From an uncultured Gemmatimonadota bacterium (GTDB taxonomy: Bacteria; JAAXHH01), in assembly GCA_951812955.1 (NCBI GenBank), contig OX638340.1, positions 2,080,001-2,144,000 of the forward strand: DNA of 64,000 nt, in the 5' to 3' direction. The position numbers and the translations under genes were made by a program. Below are positions 16,264-24,487 of the stretch, in pieces. Below the pieces are notes generated by a model. The model did no database searches. It was not told the DNA's origin and saw nothing but the letters and a program-made list of their open reading frames with translations. How positions within the stretch are numbered: position 1 is the stretch's first letter; every line of letters begins with the position of its first letter.

Positions 16264-17448
16264 ATGTCCGCGCGTCATGATTCCTATGCCCCCCTGGATC
16301 CAGGCCGGCGTGTCCTCATGGGACCCGGTCCGAGCGACATGCATCCGAGGGTCTACCAGGCCATGGGCGCTCCGCTTACGGGACACCTGGACCCCTATTT
16401 CATCGGGGTCATGGACGATATCAAGGCGTTGCTTCGTTACGCATTCCAGACCCGGAACGACATGACGCTCGCGATCTCCGCCACCGGTTCGGCCGGCATG
16501 GAGACCTGTATCTGCAATCTCGTCGAGCCGGGAGACGAAGTGCTCATCTGCGTGGGCGGCGTCTTCGGAGACCGCATGGCCCAGATGGTCGAGCGCCACG
16601 GAGGCCGGCTGATTCGACTCGAAAGCGAACCCGGTCAGCCGTTTACGCCGGAACAGCTAAGGAACGCGCTGACAGGCTGCCAGCCTAAACTCGTGGGCCT
16701 GGTACACGCGGAAACGTCCACGGGCGTGTTGCAGCCCCTCGAGGAGATCATCGCCGTCATCCACGAGCACGACGCCCTCGTCCTGGTCGACACCGTGGCG
16801 TCCCTGGGCGGAACGCCGGTCAAGGTCGACGAATGGGGCATCGACGTCTGCTATACCGGCAGCCAGAAATGCCTGAGCGCCCCGCCGGGTCTGGCGCCCC
16901 TTACGTTCAATGACCGCGCGCTGGAGGCGATTGCCTCGCGCAAGACACCAGTAGACAGCTGGTACCTGGACCTCTCCTTGATCAACGCATACTGGGACGG
17001 CGACCGGGTCTATCACCATACCGCGCCCGTGAGCCTGTTCTACGCGTTGCGGGAAGCCCTCGTCCTCATCCACGAGGAGGGTCTGGAGGACGGCCACCTC
17101 CGGCATGTGCTGAATTACGAGGCGTTCCGGGCCGGGATCGACGCCATGGGCCTCGCGTTCTTCGTCGATCCGCCCCACCGCGCCCCGACCATCAACCCCG
17201 TCCTGGCCCCGGAGGGTATCGACGAAGCAGGGGTTCGGCGCCGCTTGCTCGAGGAATACGGACTCGAACTCGGTGGCGGCCTCGGCGCGTTGAAGGGCAA
17301 GGCCTGGCGGGTGGGGCTCATGGGACAGTCCTCCCAGCGGGACCATGTCATGTTATGCCTGGGCGCCCTCGAACAGGCCCTGCTGACGGAAGGCCACGAA
17401 GCAGCGGGCAGCGGTGTGGCTGCGGCGAGCGCTGTTTACGCCGGGTAG
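16264..17448 (+). CDS. Class-V aminotransferase (serine-pyruvate / alanine-glyoxylate aminotransferase family)
   Basis: 394 aa. ..ISATGSAGMETCICNL.., and ..DVCYTGSQKCLSAPPGLAPLTF.. (PLP-lysine region) are typical of the AGXT/SPT family. Confidence 0.8.
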   Translation: MSARHDSYAPLDPGRRVLMGPGPSDMHPRVYQAMGAPLTGHLDPYFIGVMDDIKALLRYAFQTRNDMTLAISATGSAGMETCICNLVEPGDEVLICVGGVFGDRMAQMVERHGGRLIRLESEPGQPFTPEQLRNALTGCQPKLVGLVHAETSTGVLQPLEEIIAVIHEHDALVLVDTVASLGGTPVKVDEWGIDVCYTGSQKCLSAPPGLAPLTFNDRALEAIASRKTPVDSWYLDLSLINAYWDGDRVYHHTAPVSLFYALREALVLIHEEGLEDGHLRHVLNYEAFRAGIDAMGLAFFVDPPHRAPTINPVLAPEGIDEAGVRRRLLEEYGLELGGGLGALKGKAWRVGLMGQSSQRDHVMLCLGALEQALLTEGHEAAGSGVAAASAVYAG

Positions 17449-17511
17449 ACTTAGATTGACCGTTTGACCATTCATCATTACCTGACATCCTGGTAGCTGC
17501 CGGAGGAGCAA

Positions 17512-17835
17512 ATGTATTTCGTAGAAGAAGAAAACTTGTCCACAAAATCGATCGCCCCGGGCGTAAGTATCGCCGTAGCGGGAGGCGACAAGGCCCAGAT
17601 GTCCTTCGTCACGCTCTCGCCTGGATCGCAGGTACCCTTGCACGATCATCCCCACGAACAGTTGGGTGTCGTGCTGGAAGGTGAATTCGTCATGGTCATC
17701 GGCGAAGAAAGCCGGACCATCAGACCGGGCGACAAATACGTGATTCCCGGCGGGGTCCGGCATGGCGTGACCGAGGTCATGGTCAAGTCCGTCGCCCTGG
17801 ACATATTCAGTCCACCCCGGGAGGATTACGCCTAA
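17512..17835 (+). CDS. Cupin-domain protein
   Basis: 107 aa with GGAGG upstream. ..PGSQVPLHDHPHEQLGVVLEGEF..IPGGVRHGV.. carries the two cupin metal-binding motifs. Confidence 0.7.
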   Translation: MYFVEEENLSTKSIAPGVSIAVAGGDKAQMSFVTLSPGSQVPLHDHPHEQLGVVLEGEFVMVIGEESRTIRPGDKYVIPGGVRHGVTEVMVKSVALDIFSPPREDYA

Positions 17836-17853
17836 GCGAACATTGCCATTGTC

Positions 17854-17936
17854 CGCGTCGCCCGGTCCGTTCGCGTTACCTGGTCCGATCGCGTCGCCCG
17901 GTTCGTTCGCGTTACCCGGTCCGATCGCGTCGCAGG
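17854..17936. repeat. Two tandem copies of a 36-bp unit (cgcgtcgcccggtYcgttcgcgttaccYggtccgat) plus a partial third copy, immediately upstream of the creatininase-family gene
   Basis: Direct reading of 17854-17936 in the cupin / creatininase intergenic spacer. Confidence 0.7.
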
Positions 17937-17957
17937 CCAACCAGTCAGGAGTCTTCC

Positions 17958-18707
17958 ATGTCCGATGCACTACCCCACGACCGGCCCGTACAGCTATGGA
18001 AAATGACCCGCAGGCAGTTCCGCGAGGGAATACACGACGGCAACCTCAGGGGAGCGATAATCCCCACGGGCAGCACCGAACAGCATAACGAACACCTGGA
18101 GATGTCCCACGACACCGCCAGCGCCGTACACGTGTCCGAGCGTGCGGCGCAGATGCTCTACCCGGAGGTCGTGGTCACCACGCCGCTGGCCATCGGCGTG
18201 TCTGAGCACTGGATGGACCACAAGGGCACGCTGACGACACGGCCCGAGATCTTCACGGAACTCCTCTACGACGTGGCCGACAGCATGAAAAGAGGTGGGA
18301 TCAACCATATCCTGGCGGTCAACGGACACGCCGGGAACGCCGGTCCCGTCATAAACGTGCTGGAGGATATCAAATCCCGCCTAGGGATCAATTTCGCATT
18401 CTGCAGCTATTGGGAAGCCTACACGCCGGAAATCGTCGAGAAGTACATGGAATCGAAGAATTGTCCCGGCCACGCCAGCGAGTTCGAGACGTCCTTCGCC
18501 TACTCGGCTTTCCCCCGGCACGTCCACTGGGAAGGCGTCGATTACGATTCGGCCAGGCTGTCCATCTCCCAGGCCGACCGGGCCGCACAGGATCGCGAGT
18601 TCCACCACGAAGCCAAACTCGCCGACGCCGTGAAGGGACAGGGCATGATCGACGCGGCGGTCGACTGGGTCGCGGCCAGGATGAATGCGATGATCGAGGG
18701 CGCCTGA
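17958..18707 (+). CDS. Creatininase-family amidohydrolase
   Basis: ..GAIIPTGSTEQHNEHLEMSHDT.. matches the creatininase-family GSxEQHG motif; 249 aa; AGGAG upstream. Confidence 0.75.
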   Translation: MSDALPHDRPVQLWKMTRRQFREGIHDGNLRGAIIPTGSTEQHNEHLEMSHDTASAVHVSERAAQMLYPEVVVTTPLAIGVSEHWMDHKGTLTTRPEIFTELLYDVADSMKRGGINHILAVNGHAGNAGPVINVLEDIKSRLGINFAFCSYWEAYTPEIVEKYMESKNCPGHASEFETSFAYSAFPRHVHWEGVDYDSARLSISQADRAAQDREFHHEAKLADAVKGQGMIDAAVDWVAARMNAMIEGA

Positions 18708-18710
18708 CCC

Positions 18711-19472
18711 GTGTCTGACGAAACCCAACCCATCATCGCGTTTGAGAATGTAAGCAAGTGGTTCGGGACTTTCCAGGTCCTGCGGGACATCGATCTGCGC
18801 ATCGGCGACGGTGAGTGCATCGTCATCTGCGGCCCGTCCGGCTCGGGGAAGTCCACGCTGATACGCTGCATGAACCGCCTTGAAACACATGACCGGGGCG
18901 TGGTCCGCGTAGAAGGCGTTGAGCTGGGACCGGGCGAGCGGCTTCCCCGCGAACTGCGCGGCAAAATCGGCATGGTCTTCCAGAGTTTCAACCTTTTCCC
19001 GCACATGACGGTCCTGCGCAACCTGTCGCTCGCCCCCATGCGCAACCTGGGGATGGATAAAGAAAGGGCGGAACAAACCGCCCTGGCCTATCTCGAGCGC
19101 GTGCACATCGGCGAACAGGCCGAGAAGTACCCCGACCAGCTCTCCGGCGGCCAGCAGCAGCGAGTGGCGATCGCCCGCGCGCTTTGCATGAAGCCCGATA
19201 TCCTGCTCTTCGACGAACCCACGTCCTCCCTCGACCCGGAAATGATCCGCGAGGTCCTGGACGTGATCTACGAACTCACCGACGACGGCATCACCATGGT
19301 CTGCGTGACCCACGAAATGGGTTTCGCCCGCAAGGTATCCGACCGGGTCATCTTCATGGACCACGGCGAAATCGTCGAGAGCGCCGCGCCGGACGAGTTC
19401 TTCGACGCGCCCCGGGAAGAAAGAACCCGGGCCTTCCTCAACCAGATCCTCCATTACGAGGCTTCGGCGTGA
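18711..19472 (+). CDS. Polar amino-acid ABC transporter ATP-binding protein (GlnQ/ArtP-like)
   Basis: Walker A (GPSGSGKST), signature [15 protein letters not shown], Walker B ([12 protein letters not shown]), H-loop (VTHEMGFA). GTG start. Confidence 0.9.
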   Translation: MSDETQPIIAFENVSKWFGTFQVLRDIDLRIGDGECIVICGPSGSGKSTLIRCMNRLETHDRGVVRVEGVELGPGERLPRELRGKIGMVFQSFNLFPHMTVLRNLSLAPMRNLGMDKERAEQTALAYLERVHIGEQAEKYPDQLSGGQQQRVAIARALCMKPDILLFDEPTSSLDPEMIREVLDVIYELTDDGITMVCVTHEMGFARKVSDRVIFMDHGEIVESAAPDEFFDAPREERTRAFLNQILHYEASA

Positions 19473-20266
19473 TCAGCCCATTAAGCGGGCCATGGGTCAA
19501 GCGTGTCCTGTCGAACTGGATACAGCCGGCGGCCATGGCCGGCATCCTCGTCTTCGCGGTCATGCGAGGCGCGGAGAACATCAACTACCGGTGGCAATGG
19601 TACCGCGTGGACGACTTTCTGTTCACGTCCGAGCAGGGCGCCTGGTCCGCCGGCCCCCTGGTACAAGGCCTGTTCGTCACCCTCGAAATATCGGTCCTGA
19701 GCCTTTTCCTGACCCTTGTCATCGGACTCGCGGCCGCGCTCCTGCGCCTGTCGTCTTCGGTGATCGGACGCGGTCTCGCCCGCGGGTACCTGGAGCTTAT
19801 CCGCAACACCCCCTTGCTGATCCAGCTTTATGTGATGTATTTCGTCCTCGGACCCATTCTCGGGTGGGGACAGATCACCACGGCGATCGCTTGTCTCGCC
19901 GCGTTCCAGGGCGCATACACTTCCGAGATCTTCCGGGCCGGCCTGCGCGCTATCCCCCGGGGGCAGATCGAAGCGGGTGACAGCCTGGGACTGTCGCGCA
20001 TCGACAACTACCGGTACGTCATCCTGCCGCAGGTGCTCCGCCACATGCTGCCGCCGCTTACCAACGAGGCGGTCTCCCTCGTGAAGAACTCCTCGATCGT
20101 CAGCGTCATCGCCATCTTCGATCTAACCACGCAGGGCCGCAACCTCATCGCGGATACTTTTCTGACTTTCGAGATCTGGCTGACCGTGGCCGCGATCTAC
20201 CTGGTCGTGACCCTGGCGCTTTCGACCGCGGCGGCCATGGCCGAACGGCGAAGGGCGGGCGCCTGA
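19469..20266 (+). CDS. Amino-acid ABC transporter permease (HisM/GlnP family)
   Basis: Multi-TM permease with EAA-loop region (..[37 protein letters not shown]..). GTG start overlaps the ATPase stop; the track ORF 19184.. is over-extended in this frame. Confidence 0.8.
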   Translation: MISPLSGPWVKRVLSNWIQPAAMAGILVFAVMRGAENINYRWQWYRVDDFLFTSEQGAWSAGPLVQGLFVTLEISVLSLFLTLVIGLAAALLRLSSSVIGRGLARGYLELIRNTPLLIQLYVMYFVLGPILGWGQITTAIACLAAFQGAYTSEIFRAGLRAIPRGQIEAGDSLGLSRIDNYRYVILPQVLRHMLPPLTNEAVSLVKNSSIVSVIAIFDLTTQGRNLIADTFLTFEIWLTVAAIYLVVTLALSTAAAMAERRRAGA

Positions 20267-21165
20267 TGTCGACGACCGGTCACATAGTGAGCCGATTCAG
20301 GCCCACCCGGCTCGACGGGATCCTGCTGGCCGTGCTGATTGTGGTGGCCGCCTGGCTGTGGTACCGCTCGGCCATCGGCGTGGCGTACCGTTGGGACTGG
20401 GCCCAAGCGCTGTCGACCGTCTTCGCCTCAGGCGAGTCCGGCGACACGCCCTTCTTTCTGACGGGGATCTACGCGACCCTGCGCCTCAGCGCCTGGGGGG
20501 CGGTGCTCGCCACCATTATGGGGGTATTGATCGGCGTGGGGAGATACTCGGGGGTACGCGCCCTGCGCGTGTTCTGCGGGACCTATATCCAGATCCTCCG
20601 GAACATCCCGCCGCTGGTGTTTATCTTCATCTTCTACTTCTTCATCAGCAGCCAGTTGATGCCCCTGCTGGGCCTGGACGCCCTGTTCAACCGGCCCGCC
20701 GAGGATGCGTCGGGATGGCAGCGCTTCCTCTTCGGTCCCCCGGCGCTCTGGGAGAACCTGATCTCCGGCGTGCTGTGCATCTCCTTCATCAGCGCCGCAT
20801 ACATAGCGGAAGTCGTCCGCGCCGGTCTCGCCGCCATACCCCGGGGTCAGTGGGAAGCCGGGGAAAGCCTGGGTATTCCGTTACTGGACCGCTACCGGTT
20901 CGTCATCTTTCCCCAGGCGCTGGCGCGCATCGCGCCGCCGCTCACGGGCCAGTACATCTCCCTGGTGAAGGACTCTTCCATCGTCTCGCTGATCTCCGTC
21001 CAGGAACTGACCTTCGTCGGATCGGAGATTGCCAATTCGAGCGGGCTGCTCTTCGAGGTCTGGCTGTTGGTGGCCTTCGTGTATTTCCTGCTCTGCCTGT
21101 CCCTGTCCATCCTGCTCAGGCAGGTGGAACGGCGCATGACCCGGCACTTCCACCAGTTTGCCTAG
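20266..21165 (+). CDS. Amino-acid ABC transporter permease (second subunit)
   Basis: ATG overlaps the previous stop. ..AEVVRAGLAAIPRGQWEAGESLGIPLLDRYRFVIFPQ.. EAA loop; about 6 TM. Confidence 0.8.
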   Translation: MSTTGHIVSRFRPTRLDGILLAVLIVVAAWLWYRSAIGVAYRWDWAQALSTVFASGESGDTPFFLTGIYATLRLSAWGAVLATIMGVLIGVGRYSGVRALRVFCGTYIQILRNIPPLVFIFIFYFFISSQLMPLLGLDALFNRPAEDASGWQRFLFGPPALWENLISGVLCISFISAAYIAEVVRAGLAAIPRGQWEAGESLGIPLLDRYRFVIFPQALARIAPPLTGQYISLVKDSSIVSLISVQELTFVGSEIANSSGLLFEVWLLVAFVYFLLCLSLSILLRQVERRMTRHFHQFA

Positions 21166-21172
21166 GACTGGC

Positions 21173-22630
21173 CTAGCGGCGGCGGTTTTCCGCGTCGATC
21201 CCGCCGCGCAACGGATCGAAGACCTTTTTCACGGTCTCGAACTGATCCTCGACCGCAGAGGGCCTGCCCAGCAACCGGTCGCTGACCATGCGCGCCGCCA
21301 CCGTGGCGTAGGCGTTGCCCCGGCCCGTGAAACCGGCAACGATGTGGACGCCCGGCGTTTCCGTCTCGCCCACAAATGGGCTGCTGTCGTAGGAGAAGCC
21401 CATGACGCCGCCCCAGCGGTGGGAGCGCCCGAGCGCGGCAAGGTGGGGGAAGGTGCTGTTGAATGACCGGTCGTTCGATCGTTGTACCGCCCGGGTGGGT
21501 CTTTCTTTGTAACCCCTGTAAGTCCGGATCTGCCGGCCCCTGCGCCTCAGGAAATGAAATCCCCGTTCGGCGCGGATATGGTGATTGCGCCCACCGCCGA
21601 AGAGCAGCCGGCCGCCTTCGCCTGGTCCGTCGTGCAACTGGCGCCAGAATTCCCACCCGTCGTTGGCGTAGAAGACGCCATTGAACAGCCGTTCTGAAAC
21701 GGGTTCCGTCGTGAAGACCTGTCCGCGTTGAGGAATGATGCGCCGTTCGTACCGGGCATCGAGCTGGGGCGTGTACGCGTTCATCCCCAGCAGCACGTGC
21801 TGCGTCCTGATCCTTCCGCCCGGTGTCTGGACCACGAGGCCGCCGGGTGATGAAACGCCCGAGCCGGCCCTTGAAACCGACGAGACGCCGCGTCCACCCG
21901 CGTCTCCGCGTCCACCCGCGTCTCCACGTCCATTCCCGTCCGCTCCGCGCCGCGCGATTGAGGTGACGGGCGTGTTTTCAAAGAACAGGACGCCCAGTCC
22001 GCTAGCGGCGCTGGCGAGGCCGCGCACGTACTTGACCGGGTGGAGTTCGCCGTCGAACTTGTTCCACAGGGCGCCGGCGAGCTGGGGGCTGCGCTTGATG
22101 CCGTATAGTCTGTCCTCGTCCAGGTACTCCACGTCGAAACCATCTTCCTGGAGAAGGTTGTATGATCGGACGATCCGTTCCAGGGGATCCGCGTGAGAAC
22201 CGCGGTCCGGCCGCTTCATCGCCATCACGTAGCTGCCGTGCCGGTAGTAGTCGCACTGTATTTTGTACTTCTCCATGAGACCGGCCATCAGATCATGATT
22301 CTCGAGGGCGATCCGCCACGCCTCCCCGGCCATCCTCCTGCCGTCCGCTCCGTACAGATCCGTCAATTCTTCCACGGCCTCGACGTAGTACTCATGGGTA
22401 CCGGCCAGCATGAACCCCCCGTTACGGCCCGTGGCGCCCGAGGCGACCTCGCGCCGTTCGAGCACGGCCACGCGCGCTCCGCCCTCGGCCAGGAACAGGG
22501 CGCCGGTCACCCCCGTCACGCCGCCGCCGATCACCACGACGTCCACATCGAGTTCGCCCGACAGGGGCCCCGAAGGTGTGTAAGGCATGTCCAGCCAGTA
22601 GGAGTCACGGATCATGGAGAGGTTCACCAA
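21173..22630 (-). CDS. FAD-dependent oxidoreductase (DAO / glycine-oxidase-like family) with low-complexity insertions
   Basis: Rossmann dinucleotide motif VVVIGGGVTGVTGALFLAEGGARVAVLER near the N-terminus and a DAO-like C-terminus (GVHIVAGFTGRGNAYATVAARMV). The track start is a TTG at 22630; an ATG (MIRDSYWLDMPY..) lies at 22615. Contains a Gly/Arg/Asp repeat insert and an Arg-rich odd-composition stretch (see findings). Confidence 0.65.
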   Translation of the reverse strand: MVNLSMIRDSYWLDMPYTPSGPLSGELDVDVVVIGGGVTGVTGALFLAEGGARVAVLERREVASGATGRNGGFMLAGTHEYYVEAVEELTDLYGADGRRMAGEAWRIALENHDLMAGLMEKYKIQCDYYRHGSYVMAMKRPDRGSHADPLERIVRSYNLLQEDGFDVEYLDEDRLYGIKRSPQLAGALWNKFDGELHPVKYVRGLASAASGLGVLFFENTPVTSIARRGADGNGRGDAGGRGDAGGRGVSSVSRAGSGVSSPGGLVVQTPGGRIRTQHVLLGMNAYTPQLDARYERRIIPQRGQVFTTEPVSERLFNGVFYANDGWEFWRQLHDGPGEGGRLLFGGGRNHHIRAERGFHFLRRRGRQIRTYRGYKERPTRAVQRSNDRSFNSTFPHLAALGRSHRWGGVMGFSYDSSPFVGETETPGVHIVAGFTGRGNAYATVAARMVSDRLLGRPSAVEDQFETVKKVFDPLRGGIDAENRRR

Positions 22631-23012
22631 TCTTGGATATTGCTTTCAAAAAAGGCCATAGTGGACTTAATCTGTTGGTTTTTTACGAGATTTCTGACTG
22701 ATTTCCGACTGTTATAGGATAAGGTGTAGTATTCTCCTGCGTCAAGGGCACGACATCGAATGGACCGTCCATGTGGCGTCGGATTGTTTATAGTTGTCAT
22801 AATCTATTGTAAACCACAAAAGTATTCCACTAAGTTTAAGTAAATACCCGGTTTTATCAATGCCAAGGAAGTTAAGAGAACTCAGACATGTCAAAGAGTT
22901 TGCAGGACGTTCAACAACCATGGTTTTAACAGCGAGGTTGTTTGGGGTCAGGTGCGATGAGCGTACTTGATTTTCCCGGCGGAATAGATGGCCGCGATGA
23001 GGAGTAAATCCG
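22631..23012. other. AT-rich (~42% GC) divergent intergenic island between the oxidoreductase and a small coiled-coil gene; probable promoter region, possible unannotated small RNA
   Basis: Composition contrasts sharply with the ~64% GC flanks; includes short direct repeats (gatttctgactgatttccgactg). Confidence 0.4.
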
Positions 23013-23309
23013 TTGGTTCGTAGACCATGGATGGACGTGACAATCAAGGCCGCGCTGATTGGCGCCGCAGTTCTGGTATATCTGGACCTGAAGGCCGAGA
23101 TCAGATCCGTACGGGTCGACCTGGGAACCAGGATCGACAGGTTGGAAACCAGGATGGGAACCAGGATCGGCAGGTTGGAAACCAGGATGGACAGGTTGGA
23201 AACCAAGGTGGACGGGTTGGAAACCAAAATCGACGAAGTACGGGGACATTTCAGGTTCGAAATGACCGAGCCAAACGAAAATCCGCCTCCCACGGACGTG
23301 AATCAATAG
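23013..23309 (+). CDS. Small membrane-anchored coiled-coil protein with internal 11-residue repeats (unknown function)
   Basis: TTG at 23013 is preceded by GAGGAG 8 nt upstream; an alternative ATG lies at 23031. N-terminal hydrophobic helix (VTIKAALIGAAVLVYL), then GTRIDRLETRM / GTRIGRLETRM / DRLETKVDGLETKIDEV repeats encoded by 33-bp DNA tandem repeats (23120-23230). Minus-strand ORFs here are shadows of the repeats. Confidence 0.45.
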   Translation: MVRRPWMDVTIKAALIGAAVLVYLDLKAEIRSVRVDLGTRIDRLETRMGTRIGRLETRMDRLETKVDGLETKIDEVRGHFRFEMTEPNENPPPTDVNQ

Positions 23310-23361
23310 CCTTCCTCAACCGGAGAAACCGGGGAATCGCAACAGGCTCGTCGACCCCGTC

Positions 23362-24279
23362 TCACACCTCCAGGACGGCGGCCAGGGTCTCCCCTTCATG
23401 CACGCGGTTGTAAGTCCGCAGGACCAGCACGTGACCGGACTGCGTGCACACGATTTCGTCCCGCCGGTCGCCCAGCAAGTCGGTGACCACGCCGAAAACG
23501 TCTCCCGGCGCGACGCGGTCCATCAGTTCCACCCAGGGCTCGAAGAACCCTGAGAACGGCGACGGATAGTTTAATTGGATATGGCCGGCCCCTTCCCGGT
23601 CGTCTTCCACCGTATGAATGATCCTCGATGGCGGCTGGTCCCGCTCGATCATGCCCAGCACGCCCATGACGTTAAGGCAACCTTCGTAGTACTGTTCAAC
23701 CCCCTCGGGATCGCAGTCCCCGGCACCCAACCATTCCGAGTAGATCGCAGGTATGCGGGCGTCGCGTGCTATGGACAGCGTGCGGCCGTCGTGGCCCGCG
23801 TACGTACCCCAGACGATCGGCATGTTGAAGGCCCGGGCCATCTCGCGCTGGGTCTCAAGGACCCCGGCATCGGGATGCAGCATGTACCCCACCGTCGGAT
23901 AGAACCTCGATATGAGCCCACCGCTGTGCAGATCAATCAGGTAGTCGGCCTCGCGGATCATTGCGCTTACCGCGTGGGCCACGCGCTCGGTGATGGTGCC
24001 GTCCTCCCGGCCCGGGCACGTGCGGGCCAGATCCAGGCCGTCCTCGGCGGTTCGCTGCCCGCGCCAGTACGCCGCCTCGTTGACGACGGGCACCAGGGTG
24101 ATGCTTCCCCGTAGATCATCGGGGTCCAGGGCATCTTTCAGGCGCCGGATGGTCCACATGGATTCGAATTCGTCGCCGTGGACGCCTCCGAGTATGAGCA
24201 GTTTCGGTCCGAGCGCCTTTCCTTTGATTGTGATGGACTTCAGCGTGACGGGGCCTGACATCTCGACGGGGCCTGACAT
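23362..24279 (-). CDS. Succinylglutamate desuccinylase / aspartoacylase family zinc hydrolase (AstE/AspA, M14-like)
   Basis: ..LLILGGVHGDEFESMW.. and ..LIDLHSGG.. zinc-ligand motifs. The N-terminus reads MSGPVEMSGPV because of an 18-bp tandem duplication; the true start may be the second Met (24264). Confidence 0.7.
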   Translation of the reverse strand: MSGPVEMSGPVTLKSITIKGKALGPKLLILGGVHGDEFESMWTIRRLKDALDPDDLRGSITLVPVVNEAAYWRGQRTAEDGLDLARTCPGREDGTITERVAHAVSAMIREADYLIDLHSGGLISRFYPTVGYMLHPDAGVLETQREMARAFNMPIVWGTYAGHDGRTLSIARDARIPAIYSEWLGAGDCDPEGVEQYYEGCLNVMGVLGMIERDQPPSRIIHTVEDDREGAGHIQLNYPSPFSGFFEPWVELMDRVAPGDVFGVVTDLLGDRRDEIVCTQSGHVLVLRTYNRVHEGETLAAVLEV

Positions 24280-24283
24280 GATG
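24248..24283. repeat. 18-bp tandem duplication (gacggggcctgacatNNN x2) spanning the start codon of the AstE/AspA-like gene
   Basis: Direct reading of 24248-24283; duplicates the MSGPV N-terminal codons. Confidence 0.7.
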
Positions 24284-24487
24284 TTCTCCTTGATTTATAT
24301 TCCCGGATATCCGGATTTAGTATCTACAGCATCTTCCCAGAATAGTTCTGTTTCAAAAACGGAGAAGGTCCGAACACAACGACTTGCGCATCGGGTGGAA
24401 ACTCGCCCGTAGCTGCGCGGAGGAATATACCGGCTCGGGCGGGACGGATCAAGCGATGCACGCCGGCCGTACCAAACTGGAGAGGCC

